Assembly (NCBI GenBank): GCA_028534125.1
Contig: CM052832.1
Coordinates: forward strand, 24,554,001-24,618,000
From: Lama glama
Lineage: Eukaryota
Length of the DNA stretch: 64,000 bases
Direction of reading: 5' to 3'
Under the pieces are notes generated by a model that had not been told where the DNA came from, did no database searches, and saw nothing but the letters and a program-made list of their open reading frames with translations. The stretch's first letter is position 1; each line of letters begins with the position of its first letter. Of this stretch, positions 12,431 to 24,894 are shown piece by piece. The position numbers were made by a program, and so were the translations under genes.

Positions 12431-13609
12431 AAGCTTCCAGCATGTGCTGTTTCCCTGACCTTTGCTTCATTTCCAGGTGGGCTTGGGTTGGAATCAGGAG
12501 AACTCCTTTTCTCTTGTGAATAGACAGAAACCTCAACACCGCCGATACGTGAGAACTGTAGGACGTCCCTGCGCATGCATCCCCCACCGGGTGGCACCTT
12601 GATGCCCGAAGGTCTGGTTCAGTGTCTCCCCACCTGGGTGGCAACGATATCACCTCAGAGTCTGAGTTTCCCCGCTGTGACCAGTGTTCATGCACTTTGA
12701 TGACGCCTGAAGCTCCCAAGAGAGACAACAGCCCCACGGCGTGGCCCGGAGAGAGACCAGCCCTCACCACGGCTCTCCGTCTCGGAATACCATTGTTCCA
12801 TTGCCAAACTCATGACCTTTGGGGAATTTGGAAATCTGCTACTCTGGGGGGGGAAGAGACAAAGAAATTCAAGATGAAGCTTTACATAAAGCAAAGGGCT
12901 TTTATTATAACAGTGTTGAATTGGGTTGGGATTTTGCACACCCTTCAAATTTCTTAGGGTGTGGGTGCCAGAGTCCTAGGAGATTTAATTAGTTCCTTGA
13001 GAGGTGCTAAAGTTTGTGACACTGAGGCCCATTTTCTTCCGTTGTCCATGGAGGTGGGAGATGCTGGAAATTAAATTTCTGAAAGATGGAGACTGTTGTC
13101 ATGGATAGGATTGTATGGATATTTGAATACAGTTAAGTACTTAGTGGAGTTTGATTTTGTTGTTTTGTTTTTCTGAAAGGGAAAATTAAAGTCATATAAG
13201 TCCGGGCAGAGGGGAGTGTGGGCAGTCAGGTTAATGCTCTCGTGTGGGCTTCGGAGACAAGGGAGAGTGGGTTGCATATGAGTAAACCCTCAGGAGTTAA
13301 GGACACACAGGAGGCTGCCTAAGGCAGTCTGTTAAACTCTCACGATTGACACCTGACTTATTTCAAACTAAATTTCTTACATTTGGGTGTTTGGATGCAA
13401 GATCTGGACTGGGTACATGGGACCACGCACAGCAAAAGGCAGAGCTGTTAGAAAGTTTTCTGCTATTTGGCAGAGTTTATATTCCATAGTTTACCATTCA
13501 GGGAATCAGCATTTGCATTAACTTAATCAGATGATAACATCTCAGAATTTGCGCCCAAGATCCAACAGCATTTTTACTGCCTTGACTTAGCAAACCTTTA
13601 TATCCTGCA

Positions 13610-13866
13610 TTTAGTCATTTGTTCAACTGATATTTAGTATCTCTGGGGAGACAGAGACATGAATCGAAATGTGCAGGCTGACCTCAAGAAGGCTATGACA
13701 GTCTACTTAGGGAGGTAAGACATTTGTATGAACAACTTAGACACAAGGCCAACGTTGAATCATCTGTTGTGAATCAAGAGGTACTGGACTTTAGTGGATA
13801 GAGAAATTACTTCCTTCTGAGGAAATCAGAGAAAGGCATGAGATATGTCTGAGCCAGGACTAGAAG
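13610..13866 (-). mobile_element. L2 (L2c-like) 3' fragment
   Basis: tcatttgttcaactgatatttag...ggggagacagagacatgaat...cctcaagaag...ggaaatcagagaaaggc. Confidence 0.6.
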
Positions 13867-15119
13867 CCCAGATCCCCTGTCTTCCCACTGTGAACAAGCA
13901 ACGCCCACCCTACGATGACATTCATTTTCTCCCAGGTCATTCATGGGCAGGAGATGTATCAGCCCTGAACCTCCTCATTGATCTACATCCTTACGCTCAT
14001 TCTCTCCTGTTCTTTCCTTACCCTCTCCCTCATTTCTTAGATCCTGATGCAGTCAGCATGGTTGTTTGTCTGTCTGTTTTTACCTTCAAGAAAATGACTA
14101 GAAGAATCTGGGTTTAGGGTTCCTGGATTCCTGCTTGTCTTCATGGGAAAATACCAGGTCTAAGCTGGTAAACTTGCTCCAGGCTGCGGCAACACCCACT
14201 GTCATCAAAGGCTTTTGCTGAGTTTACCCATGAGGAAGACCCTGAATTGCCCATTTTTGCATATTTGTTCATTTCTTACAGATCTACCAATGGCTTTAAT
14301 GTAACATCAGTGTAGAAGTAACATGTGGTATTAGCGAGATTAATCAAGACAGCAACACCTAGAGTCAATGAGACATGAAAATTAGTTCTGTGTAACTACT
14401 GTTGATGATGCCTGGGATAAGTCATTTTCTTCAGGAGCACAGGCTGTAGCTAGCATCAGCAAGCATCCTTTCGACTTTCGTTTTCTAAGGATTTCACATC
14501 TTCAGCACCGGCCATTCCCATTCAGAACAGGCACTGCTACGCTTGAGAGGACACTGGAACGTGAATTCACTTTGTTCCACAGATGTTGTGTCTGACCTGA
14601 GTATATGTGATTCTGATATGCTTTTTTTCATCGGAGGCTCCCAATTTAAAGGAAGGTCATAACGAAGGCTTTAGAAAATGAGGAAAAATTTAGTAAAACA
14701 AGAGATTGCACCATTTTATGTCTCTGAATTTTGTGCGTATCAGCTTTGCTTAAAGCAGGGGATGATATGTTAAAAGGCATCCCCTTACACGGGTTTAGAC
14801 AAACCACTGGTTAAATAGTCTTCAAAATCTTGCTACATGAAAAAAAAAATCCGGACATAGCCTGTGAAGTGAGCCTTCATCAGAAGTCCGAATGCAAGAT
14901 CAGCAGGATTGCCTTCCTGCGCTCACCTTTGTAAATCGTATTTTTTTTTTTTCAAAGATCATTTCAGCTTCTTTTCCTCCATGAAAGGCCTTTCAGCGCT
15001 TGTTTGGTCCTCTAATTGGCTCACGAGAGTAGGTTTTATATCATCAACCGGATTACAGATTCCGTCAGGGAAAAGACCTCAATTAAGTACACTGGGGAGT
15101 CATGGTATTTCAAAAATTG

Positions 15120-15220
15120 AAAATAATAATAAGGAAAGGAAGGTGGCAAGAGGCTGTGACTTGCTCAGGGTCACAGAGAATAAGAGGCTGGAGCAATAAT
15201 ACTAGAGCCCAGGGCTCCCC
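15120..15220 (-). mobile_element. MIR fragment
   Basis: gtgacttgctcagggtcacagag...actagagcccagg. Confidence 0.5.
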
Positions 15221-15450
15221 ACGCCTGCCCCCACGCCATCCTCCATCCCGCAGCCGCCGTTGGGTTCAAGCTCATCATACATCCTTGGTGATTTGATACC
15301 AAGCCTCCTCAGCCACAGATCAGGAAGCCAAGCTCAGTTCTTGAAGGGTTCATTCTGAAGCGCACGCTGGAGCCCACTGAAACCTGCTCCTGGCTTTGGT
15401 GTACCTTTCTCAGCCAGTGGCAGTGGCTGCCCCGGCCTCACTTCCACAGC

Positions 15451-15469
15451 AGGCCACCAGGGGGAGTCC
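15451..15469 (+). promoter_or_regulatory. Candidate CTCF site
   Basis: aggCCACCAGGGGGAGtcc compared with the CTCF core CCACCAGGGGGCG. Confidence 0.4.
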
Positions 15470-16064
15470 CATGGCGTGGAGCTTGTATAAAACCCCCTGT
15501 TGCTTAAAAAGCACAGACCAAGATGTGTGAGGGCAAGGGGCCAAGAAGGGTCTGCCTTCTGCATGTGTAAGAGCTTTTTAAAATGGTCCTTACGTCACCC
15601 TAGACCTCCATCAACTAGCTTTTTAAATTACAGAAACTGCAAGTCAGATTCTTAACTAGGTTTAAAAAGTCAGTACACAGTAACAGTTACAATTATTATC
15701 TTTCCTTATTTTTGTTTTTTTCTTTTCAATTTGCTTTTGTCTCCGTTGTGCTTCGCAGAGAGAAGGCAGAAGCAGAGGCCGTTCTGTGGAACAGGCAGCT
15801 GCTCGGGGTAACCCTCTCGCCGATTTGTAAATGTCGGGGCAAAGTGGAGTTGGGTTTTTTGGGGGAAAAAAATGTCAAAGCACGTCAGAGTCATTTATTC
15901 CTTAGCAGGAAATATCGATCTGGTGACATTGTTCGATTGTAATGACTGTTTCTATTGTGTTAAAATGATGAGAGATATTTAACTAATTTAGGCCAAGAAT
16001 GACTCTCAGTGTACCACTGGATTGTCCAAGTGTTAGAAACTGTGTATTGTTTTAGCCAGTTCTT

Positions 16065-16130
16065 TTGTTCGGTCGCCGACATTTATTAAGCACCTACTGT
16101 GTGGCAGACATTCTGGTGGGTGCCAGGGTA
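16065..16130 (-). mobile_element. L2 3' tail
   Basis: acatttattaagcacctactgtgtggcagacattctg. Confidence 0.6.
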
Positions 16131-16137
16131 AGACGTA

Positions 16138-16340
16138 GGTTTTGGAATTAGACACACAACAGATTCGAGTTCCACTTCCGCTATCTACTCGTCGTGAGAA
16201 TTTGGATGAGGTAGCTGACCATATCATCCTCACTTTCCTTCCATGAATACCACAAAGGTTATTCTGAAAATTAAATGGCAAAATACATGTCATGAATTTC
16301 AGCTGTGCCTGTCAGAGAGCAAGGCCTGAGTTATCATTAC
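16138..16340 (+). mobile_element. MIR SINE
   Basis: tttggaattagac...ttcgagttcc...cctcactttcc...aaggttattctgaaaattaaatg...atacatgt. Confidence 0.65.
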
Positions 16341-17289
16341 CTTTTCTTACCACCATCACTCTCAGATCCTTTATCCTCATTGCATTCCTCATTCTCACTT
16401 TTAGGGCACCTACTTGGTGAAAGAATGTTTAAGACAATGCTTAACATTAACAGGTTTAACAGTGAACTCGATTTAGAAATGGAGGGAGCCAATGTGAAAG
16501 CCAGCTTTGGCGAAGACATTATTTAGTTTATTTAAAAGGGACACTAACTCAGATTTCCCGAGGCTGCAGCTTCCCAAGGATGCCTTGGAGGAGTGGGTAT
16601 GAGGCACCTGTAAAGTGATGCTTCCTTCCCCGTCCACTCCCAGCCTGTTGGTCCTCTTGCCTATTTCTGGAATGTCACCAGAGTCCTCCCAGGGCCTCCC
16701 AGCCCTTCTCCTGCCAGGCTCGTGGTGCCCGCTCTCCTCCTGACATCACTCCCTGTGCTGTCTGTGTGGTCCCCAGACTCCCTCTGGAATGTTTCATCAG
16801 TGCCTGATTCTGCCCTTTGATGTCAGAAGAGTTCTTGACTGATCCCTCTTTTACTCTCATGCCAAGTAGAAATGGGGAAATGTGTCCCCTCCCTCCTGAG
16901 CGTTACAGATTTTCTTCTCAGGCCACAGAACATGGCAGGCTCTGGCTCTCTGTGACCCCACTGTCCCTTCCCCAAGAGGCTGGGTTGGCAGGTGCTCCCA
17001 CTGCTCCCTCCCTTTGTATCGGCTCTGCTCTGCCCCCGTCAGCGTTCCTCACAGTTACCCCAATCCTCTACTCAGAGTCAGTTCCTTCTTTAGACCGCAA
17101 GCCCCAGAGAGGGTCCGAGAAGCACCGGCATTCAGATACCATGTGTCAGCCGCTGTTCGTTCCCTGCCACGAGCCTCAGCAAGCAGCCTCTGCACGGCTG
17201 GCACATCTCTCCACCTACCGCCCAGCCCACCCAGACTTACCCAGATTCACAGGCAGCTCACATCCTCCAGCTTCCAGCAACACATGACC

Positions 17290-17400
17290 CAGGATTTCAG
17301 AGCGTAGATTTCTAGCCTAAGTCGGCAACTAGCTGGCAGTATGGTGCCCTTGGGCATTTTAGTCATCTCCTTGCTTCCCCGCTTCTTTAACTATAGTCCT
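17290..17400 (+). mobile_element. MIR fragment
   Basis: actagctggcagtatggtgcccttgggcat...cccgcttctttaactata. Confidence 0.4.
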
Positions 17401-18392
17401 TAATATGGTTTTAATATAAATATTATGGTAAATAATACTTCTATAAGTATTTTATTTGCAGTTGCTAATTGAAAATGATGTGTAAACAATCAAGATACCG
17501 TAAATGAAACCATCTTCACCGTCCAGAGGGTGAGACAGGTACTTTTGAGGAACATGTGTCAACATCGTCTTAGGGGCCATACTGACCCTGAGAAGGTCAT
17601 TCCTTCGTGACCTCCACGTGCCCCAGGGGCAGGAGTTACTGCCACTCCAGTGTCCACTTAGGCATGGGTCTGCAGGGCAGCGTCCCGCTCCAGCCATTGA
17701 ATCCGTATTATTTTGAGTCATGAAGGCCTATCCTTAGGAGAGAACGTTTTTTAAAAATATTTCAATAATGTGCCTCTGTCAGTAACCTGAAGTTAAAACT
17801 TTTCGATAAGGGTAATGCCCTGTAACGTGATCCTTTAAACCTGAGCCAAGTTATCCTTGCTGCTTCCTCCGTGACCTTGGGCACGTCTGTCTCCTCATCT
17901 CTCTGAGCCACGACTTCCTCTTAGATGATCTCTGATCTCCTCCTGCCGTGAATTTTCACCAGGCTGACTCTCTGCAGCAGATACGGAAGGAAGTTGGAAC
18001 ATCTAGGAGTGCCTTCAGAGGTTACGAATACAGAATATGTTAGTTCGGGCTCGCTCATCTCCTCGTTACCTTGAAAACAGAGATGGCTCAACTCGGAGTT
18101 GCCTGGGAGTGAATCACAGCAGGGCTTACGGAAAGTTTCCTCTAGATTCTTGGAAAGCTGCTGCCCTTGGGTTCTTCTTGGTATGATGAATTTAGAGAGA
18201 AGAGGAATCCAAAAATTTTATCCACCTCCCCATTCCTCCAGGAGTTCCACTTCTTTAGTGTCCTGTTGTTCTAATTTAATAGAGGAAAACTTAAGAGGGA
18301 GAAAAGAGAAGACTAGGGTTTGAGGAGGAATGGTTTCATGAGACGCATATTGAACCATCAGCTTCATCTGCATTTAAAGCAAAAGAAAGCAT

Positions 18393-18539
18393 GGGGGAGG
18401 ATATAGCTCAAGTAGTAGAGGGCATGCTTAGCATGCACGAGGTCCTGGGTTCAATCCCCAGTAGCTCCTCTAAAAGTAAATAAATACATAGACCTAATTA
18501 CCTCCCTCCCCCTGCCGAAAAATAAATAAATAAATAAGA
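18393..18539 (+). mobile_element. Full-length tRNA-Ala-derived SINE (camelid Vic-1-like)
   Basis: tRNA-Ala(AGC)-like head GGGGAGGATATAGCTCAAGTAGTAGAG...CATGCTTAGCATGCACGAGGTCCTGGGTTCAATCCCCAG, (TAAA)n tail, and TSD atttaaagcaaaagaaagcat at 18372-18392 and 18540-18560. Confidence 0.9.
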
Positions 18540-19559
18540 ATTTAAAGCAAAAGAAAGCATCCCAAGCACATCTTTATAATCTTTCCTTCCAAAAATGGAC
18601 AGCGCGGGGTACACGCTCCCTCCCGTGCTGGTTCATACACAGCCATTCCATGAAGAAGTAGGGGGCAGGGTTGAAGCCCCAGTGCCAGGTCCTCTCCCCA
18701 TTTTCTGCCTCATCTTTCACCTCCAGTAAACTTCACGTCTTCATCCAAGCACTGACTTCATGAGTGATCTGTAAAGGACATTAGCAGACTTTGCACATGG
18801 GATGCATAAATACTAGCCAAGACCGAGGGACAGGATGTGCTGTGAGTGAGTAGTGTGTGGGAAGAGCGCAAGGCAGGAGCTGTGGTTGAGGCCTCGGCGG
18901 CCCTGCAGTCAACCATGGCCGACAGGAACCTGGCGTGTCCGCCACCGAAAGCAGAGCTTGGAATAGTTCGCCTCTCAGATCGCTTCTAGTCCAGGGCTAA
19001 CATTTTATAAAACCCAGGCTTTAGAAAGTGGGTTATTTGAGTGCTTCCTGCGTTACCATTCTGATTTCTGTGCCCGGCTCGCTGAGAGCCTGTTGGATCA
19101 CAGCTCGGGTAATTTCCATCAACAAGGTGCATGACTTCATCGCGGACGCTGGGGAAACGGTGTCAAACCGGTATTAAGTGGAATTGAAAGGAGACAGGCT
19201 GGGAAATTCAAGTAAAGCTGTTTCGGGATAAAATGCAGAATAGCACACTGTTCTCGTCCTCACTGTTTCATCATTTATAGCATACAGCTAGGGCTTTGGG
19301 CTTTTATTACCATGATATACATAGACGGCTTCTTAAAAGTAGAGACTGTCTTTAATCACAAGTTGACTAGTGAGTGTTGTGTGCCTGCGATATGCTTACG
19401 CACCCAGAGCAGGTTTATCTTCTGCCCTGTGCTCCGAGGAACGACTTTTATTCCCGGGCAGGGCAAGGGGTTGGAATGTGGATTCCTGTGTACAGGTCAT
19501 GTTTGGCGTTCTGAGCGATCCAAATGAGAAAGGCTTTCTTTTCGAGAAATTAGACAAAT

Positions 19560-19638
19560 ACCAGGACATCTTCCAAGCCTGGTGCAGTGCGTTAACGTTT
19601 TAGATGCTCAGTAAATAGCGTGAAATGAAGGAAGAAAG
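19560..19638 (+). mobile_element. L2 3' tail
   Basis: gcctggtgcagtgc...tagatgctcagtaaatagcgtgaaatgaagga. Confidence 0.5.
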
Positions 19639-21122
19639 TTTTCTAAATGAAAAGTGGGTGACTGGGAAAACGATTATTATGAATACAAAAGACAGCATGT
19701 GCTTCGCGGCTGGACACTCTTTCTAGCCCATCCCACAGCCCCTCACATGCAGACATCGCCCTGGGGCTGAAAGATGAGCCGCTTGACGGAGTGCTGGCCT
19801 TTCATGGGAATCGGATCAGAAAACGGCCCACTTGGAGTGTGTGTTTGCATGCACACAGGTCGGGGACTGGGGACACAGCTGGAATACAACCCCAGGACAT
19901 GCACCCGAGGACGAGACTGCACTCGGGAACAGCCCTGCTCCAGCAAGCGTACACATTAAAGGCAAGAAGAAGACTGAGTGTGAGGGGCCCCAAGAGCATT
20001 GAAATGGCCCCTAACCCCGCACTTCGCATGGCCTGTCAGATCAGAGCTTGTGTCTAGTTAGGTTCGGAACCACCCCCACCCCGGGCAGATGTGAGCCAGA
20101 TGCCCCTTCATCTGGGGGCGTTGGGAGGGGGAGTGGGGGACCAGGGGACACACTCCTCCCAAAGCACCTTCTGTTGGAAAATGGAGAAGTAAATAAAACG
20201 TGCCCAATTTCCACAAGCTTCACTTGCTCTGATCCCCCTTGTGTTATTCTCCCGTCTCTTAAATACTCTTGCTTGGAAGAACTCTTCTCCAAGAAAAGAT
20301 TTCCAGGAAATGCTTTTTAGAGGTCATATGGAAGCCAAGAATAATTGGCCTCCTTTTTTGGCCAAGGAATGAACATAAGGATGGTTGTATTGGCTCCCCC
20401 GCCCCCATGCTCACACTTATATTGATCTCACTAACGGTCAGCTGTTCCGGGTCCATATTAAGAATGGACACACTGACCAGCAAGAGTCAGAATTCAGCAC
20501 GTTATCCATCCCTCAAGTGTTAGCTTCTCTTCTTAATTTTAGAATCTATAATTTCAACTTTTTTTTCCATCACTAGATGTTTAGAGCTCCCTCCAGTGTC
20601 ACTGTGTGGTTATATTTATGTTCAGCCTTTTCTCTTTTTTTTTTTTTTTTGGACTATTACTCCTTTAACCATAGCAGGGAGAGCATTTTATTTTCTTTAC
20701 ACTTATTTCAAGAGCCGCACACGAAGCCTGGAAACGTCCCGGGTATCCCTAGAGCCTACAGACCAGCCGTCCCTGATTTCTGTGCTTCTTTCAGGACCAG
20801 GAGAGTCTGGGGGGCAGAGAGGATGAAGAAGGGGTCAGAGGATGACCCTGGGAAGGAAAAGCATGATAAACGTGTTGTGAAAGTGGCTTTGCTTCGAGAG
20901 CCTGTCAGTTGTCCCTCTTTTGGAACTAGAAGAAGCCTGCCTTTCAGCTGGGAAGCCAGGGCCCTGGGATTCCATCCTCTTGCCTGCCGTCATGTGAAGC
21001 AGCACGGAACGCCTCATGTTTATGACTCTGCTGTGAAGGCAGTGGTGCGTGTCCACAGTTGGATGTGTGCTGCTGGGTTTGGAATCTGGTGGGGTTCTAC
21101 CTAATGCTAGAGTCCCAGTCTT

Positions 21123-21276
21123 TCTTCTTCTTCTTGTGTGTGTGTTTGTGTGTGTGTTTGCAATACAGAGGATAGAGTTTAACATTTTTAATATATATTT
21201 TTATTTTTTGTTTTTATACAATATTTAAAGGTTAGGCTTCATTTACAGTTATTACAAAATATTGGCTATATTCCCA
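21123..21276 (-). mobile_element. Short 5'-truncated L1 with 12-bp TSD
   Basis: Reverse complement gggaatatagccaatattttgtaataactgtaaatg...ctttaaa is homologous to the L1 at 9227-9470; TSD agtcccagtctt at 21111-21122 and 21277-21288. Confidence 0.8.
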
Positions 21277-22290
21277 AGTCCCAGTCTTCCTGAGGGTTGT
21301 GTGTGTACATGTGTGCGTTTATATGTACACATACATGTGCACCTACAAGGGTGTATGCATACATAATCAACAAGACGTTCAAAATCCAAAACATTGTTTT
21401 AATAGAGTTATTACAAATTCTTTATCAACAAATCTGAATTCAGCCTGGGGTGAAACCGCCACCCTCATTTGGTTGCCATGAAACAGGTTTTGGGGGTTGT
21501 AAGACCTTTCTAGAGGCGTAAGACACCGTTTGATGTGGGGGGAGCGAGGCCAGAGCTCATGTGTTGTCCCATCAAAGCTTGGAAACCCTGAGGCCACGAC
21601 TTCCGCATGTGGCGGTGCCCTCTTCGTTTTCTGCAGAGCTGAGGCGGTAGCCCTGAGCCGGCCAGAGCCGGCTGTGACATCAGATGTTCTCTGCTCCTGC
21701 TTAGTGTCACTGAGAGCTGGAAGTGGAGCAAATGAGAACAGGAGAGGTCAGGGTCCGTGGAAATGGCTCCCGCTTGAAAGGAGACACAGCTCCTAATTTG
21801 CTGCAGCCGAGCCCGTGTGCGCCTTGCAGACCTGATCCCGGCGGCCTGCGCCGCAGAAGGGAGGCGCTCTGTCTCTCCTCTGCTGTCGTTCCTGGCTCGT
21901 AGGTTGTGTCTGTTGTTAAAACTGCCGTTATCAATTGTCTCTCCCTTTGTGAAAAAAACCAGTTAGAAAACCCATAAAATCTTCCTCGCCAACATACAAC
22001 GCCCCTGTTTTAGGAAACTACGTGCAAAGGGGAAGTGAAAGGGGAACAGTCAGAAATGTGCATAGAGAATACTCTGGATTCTGGGGAGATAAGTGACCAG
22101 CAAATGATTGGCCTCACGACAAGTAACGGACAGCATAGGAAGAGCTTACTTTCTGCAACCACGTGGGTCAGCTGGTGATTGAGAGAACGTAGCAGCCTGA
22201 GACTTGAGAACCAGGGGATCCCTGGGGCAGAGCTGACGGCCCTACAGGGAGAAGAATACTCCGTTACACTCATGAGACTTAAACATGATA

Positions 22291-22554
22291 CAACTGCCCT
22301 TCAGTATCCGTGAGGGATTGGTTCTGGGACACACCGTGGATACCAGAATCCAGGGATGCTCAAGTCCCTTGGTCAGTCCTCTGTGTCCACAGGTTCCATA
22401 TCCACAGATTCAAGCAACCACCAATAGTGTATTGATCAGTTGAATCCACGGCTGAGGAACCCACGGATTCGGAGGGCCGACTGCACGTTTATTTTAAAAG
22501 TCCACGTATAAGTGACACTGCACAGTTCAACCCAGGTTGTCCAAGGGTCAGCTG
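22291..22554. mobile_element. TcMar-Tigger non-autonomous element (MER8/Tigger2/MER2-like)
   Basis: TA on both sides (22289-22290 and 22555-22556); gtatccgtgagggattggttc...gatgctcaagtccc; 3' end tccacgtataagt...cagttcaacc...caagggtcagctg. Confidence 0.85.
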
Positions 22555-23469
22555 TACTTTTGTTGCAGCTCCTGGGAACTGAGCAGTTAAAAGTCAGGAT
22601 TCATCACTTTCCTCTTCAACTAGAGCCTCAAGGGGGCTTCCACCAGTGGGCACTCCTCCTGGAGGCAGAACCTGCGGAGGTGGTTTCTGTTGCTGACCTC
22701 ACCTCTCTTTACACCATCTCATCTGCTCCAACTAAGGGAGAAGTCCTGGCCACAGCTCTCCCTGCATCCACTCTGCAAAGCTTTGGGACAATACCAGTGT
22801 CATGTCCTAGAAGCAGTCTTGCTGGTGCATAAGTAGTTTATACCAGCATGTGAAGTGTTCAGCTCTTGTCAGCGCAAGTGCCACATCCTCACCAGCTGCT
22901 TGACTTCAGGAGATGGTGACTGTCCAGATTATGACGGCATGTGTCACGTGCCTAGTAAGAGAAATTGACCCCCAATTCACCGAAGTACAAATATTAATGA
23001 AATAAGCTTCCTGTTGAGCTAGCGAGACTTACTGTCTTGATCATGTAGTAGTTATGTTCCAGTCCTTTTTAAACCAGTTTTTATGCTTTTATGAGAACCT
23101 GGCAAAGGAATGAGGGAGAGAATGCAGAAGTTCACATAGTCCTTAGAGCTTCTTCCAAGAATTTTCTGTCCTTCTTTCCTCTGTTTGATACCTTGCCTCT
23201 AATGAAACTCAGGGATGAGTAGATTAGATTCTAGTTAGAAAGTCACGTTTCTACAAAGCCGGTGTGCATCCAGAAAGCAAGATACATTTGTGTAGCCAAC
23301 ATTAGACAGGTAGATGAATGTAGCTATTGAGTACCTTGACTTTTTAGATGTTTTTCAAAAATTATCTTTTGGCTCACCTGATTTCTTTTTTAAATTTAAT
23401 TATTTTGCCTTCTGGTGTTTTTCTATAAATGGCATGCTCCTTGTCTAGTGGGGAAAAAAATCATAGAGG

Positions 23470-23780
23470 TGTAAGAAGTGAAGAGGATGAAGCAGTCTTG
23501 GAGAGGAAGATGCTGAGTTCTGTTTTGGATGTTTCTGGGCTTTGTGGAGACAGCCAGCCAGGTGAGATACAAGCTGGGAACGTGAATCTTGAGATCAGCG
23601 ACGTGGTGTCGTCAGTGCAGAGCTGAGTGGTCAAGTTCTGAATGGATAACGCCACCCAGAGAAAGGACAGAGCGAGGAATAATGTAAAAACCAAGGACAG
23701 GATTCATATTAGCAGAGAAGGAAAAGAGCAAGGGAGAGGAAGGAAGGTGGTCAGCAAACTAGAAAATTCAGGAGAGTCTC
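23470..23780 (-). mobile_element. L2 internal fragment
   Basis: gaagatgctgagttctgttttggatgtt...ccaaggacag...aaggtggtcagc...aattcaggagagt. Confidence 0.6.
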
Positions 23781-24116
23781 TCCCACCGAAACACAAGGAG
23801 ACAGCTAGCAGGCGGGGGCCTGCAGGGAGCCCGGACCTAAGGCCCTCACCAAACTCGAGCCCCGCTACCCTCCGCTGCCCCACCACAGGCTCACCCTCCT
23901 CTCTCTGCCCTCAGCGTAGAACCATCTCTGTCAGGAGAAGAGGTGGAAAGATAAATCCAAGGGAAAGAGTGGCCACAGGAAGTGCTCTCTAAGCCCAAGA
24001 GCAGCAGTCACGTGTGCTGACCATTCACTCTCGGGCCTTCTCAGGACAGAGACATCCTCCATCCCAGAGGCAGCCCCGAAGCTCGCATGCAAGTTCTGAG
24101 AGAAGCATCCCCTTCC

Positions 24117-24249
24117 AAAAAAAAAAAAAAAGAAAAAAGAAAGAAAAAGCCATATGGTTTCAAGGGCTTTTACCTCTTAACTCGGCACATTGAAACTGCC
24201 ACCACTGTCCCCAAAGTCCTGAGCCCCACCGCCTCTGGGGGGGGGGGGG
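24117..24249. repeat. A-rich tract (24117-24148) and G13 run (24237-24249)
   Basis: Directly visible homopolymer tracts. Confidence 0.9.
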
Positions 24250-24894
24250 AGTAAGAGGAACTTGACCCCATGGCTAGCTGTGCACAGTTGTTATCAAACA
24301 TTTTGTTAGTGGCGCTAATAACCTCGGGCTGGTGCACGGGCACTTAAGCATTCTCATAATTTCCATCAGTTCCCCCTTCTTTTTTTTCAAATTCAGAAAA
24401 TTGGCGATTTCTCTGTCTTGTGTAAAAGGCCATGCAAACGTGGCTTCAAAGCAAGTCTGTCTAACCTGCTGTATCTGGACCGTCCCCCACCGAAGCAAGC
24501 CCCTCTGTGCAGACCCTGAGAGCCACTGCTCGCTTTCAAGGATGAGTTTTATAAAACCAGTAGGGGAACTAACATATGTATGTCAAATCTTTGTTTTAAT
24601 ATAAGGACGCTTAAATCTTTTTAAAAAGGGAAGGGCATTTTAACATCCCCAATGGAAGAATGATGTAATCTCAGAATGAATCACAGGAGTTTAGTGTCAA
24701 GATAAATTCGCTACACTGTATTTTTGTTTCTATGAATTGACCCTGGTTCTCAGACCGACATGTGAGAACTACTGGACTAGAGTGTTGACCAACAAAAATG
24801 GCCAAAATATCCCACCCCAAGCAAGAGTAGACCATCACCTTCTTTGATTAATCCTTGAAGCTCCTTCTGGTGCCCAAATAAAAGACTTCCCCTG

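Noticed and set aside
15700..15810. Strong plus-strand polypyrimidine tract and CAG acceptor at 15758
   Set aside because: Only a weak donor (GGG|GTAACC) follows, and no frame gives a recognisable peptide
18393..18468. tRNA-Ala(AGC) gene
   Set aside because: It is followed by a SINE body and (TAAA)n tail and bounded by a TSD, and the D-loop GG is mutated (AGTAGTA). It is a SINE head.
20577..21104. Longest ORF in the track (175 aa)
   Set aside because: Reads through a poly-T tract and has no recognisable domain; ORFs of this length occur by chance in 64 kb
21590..21900. CpG island (similar patches near 59.1 kb and 62.7-62.9 kb)
   Set aside because: Short, modestly CpG-enriched patches that by eye do not reach island length or density
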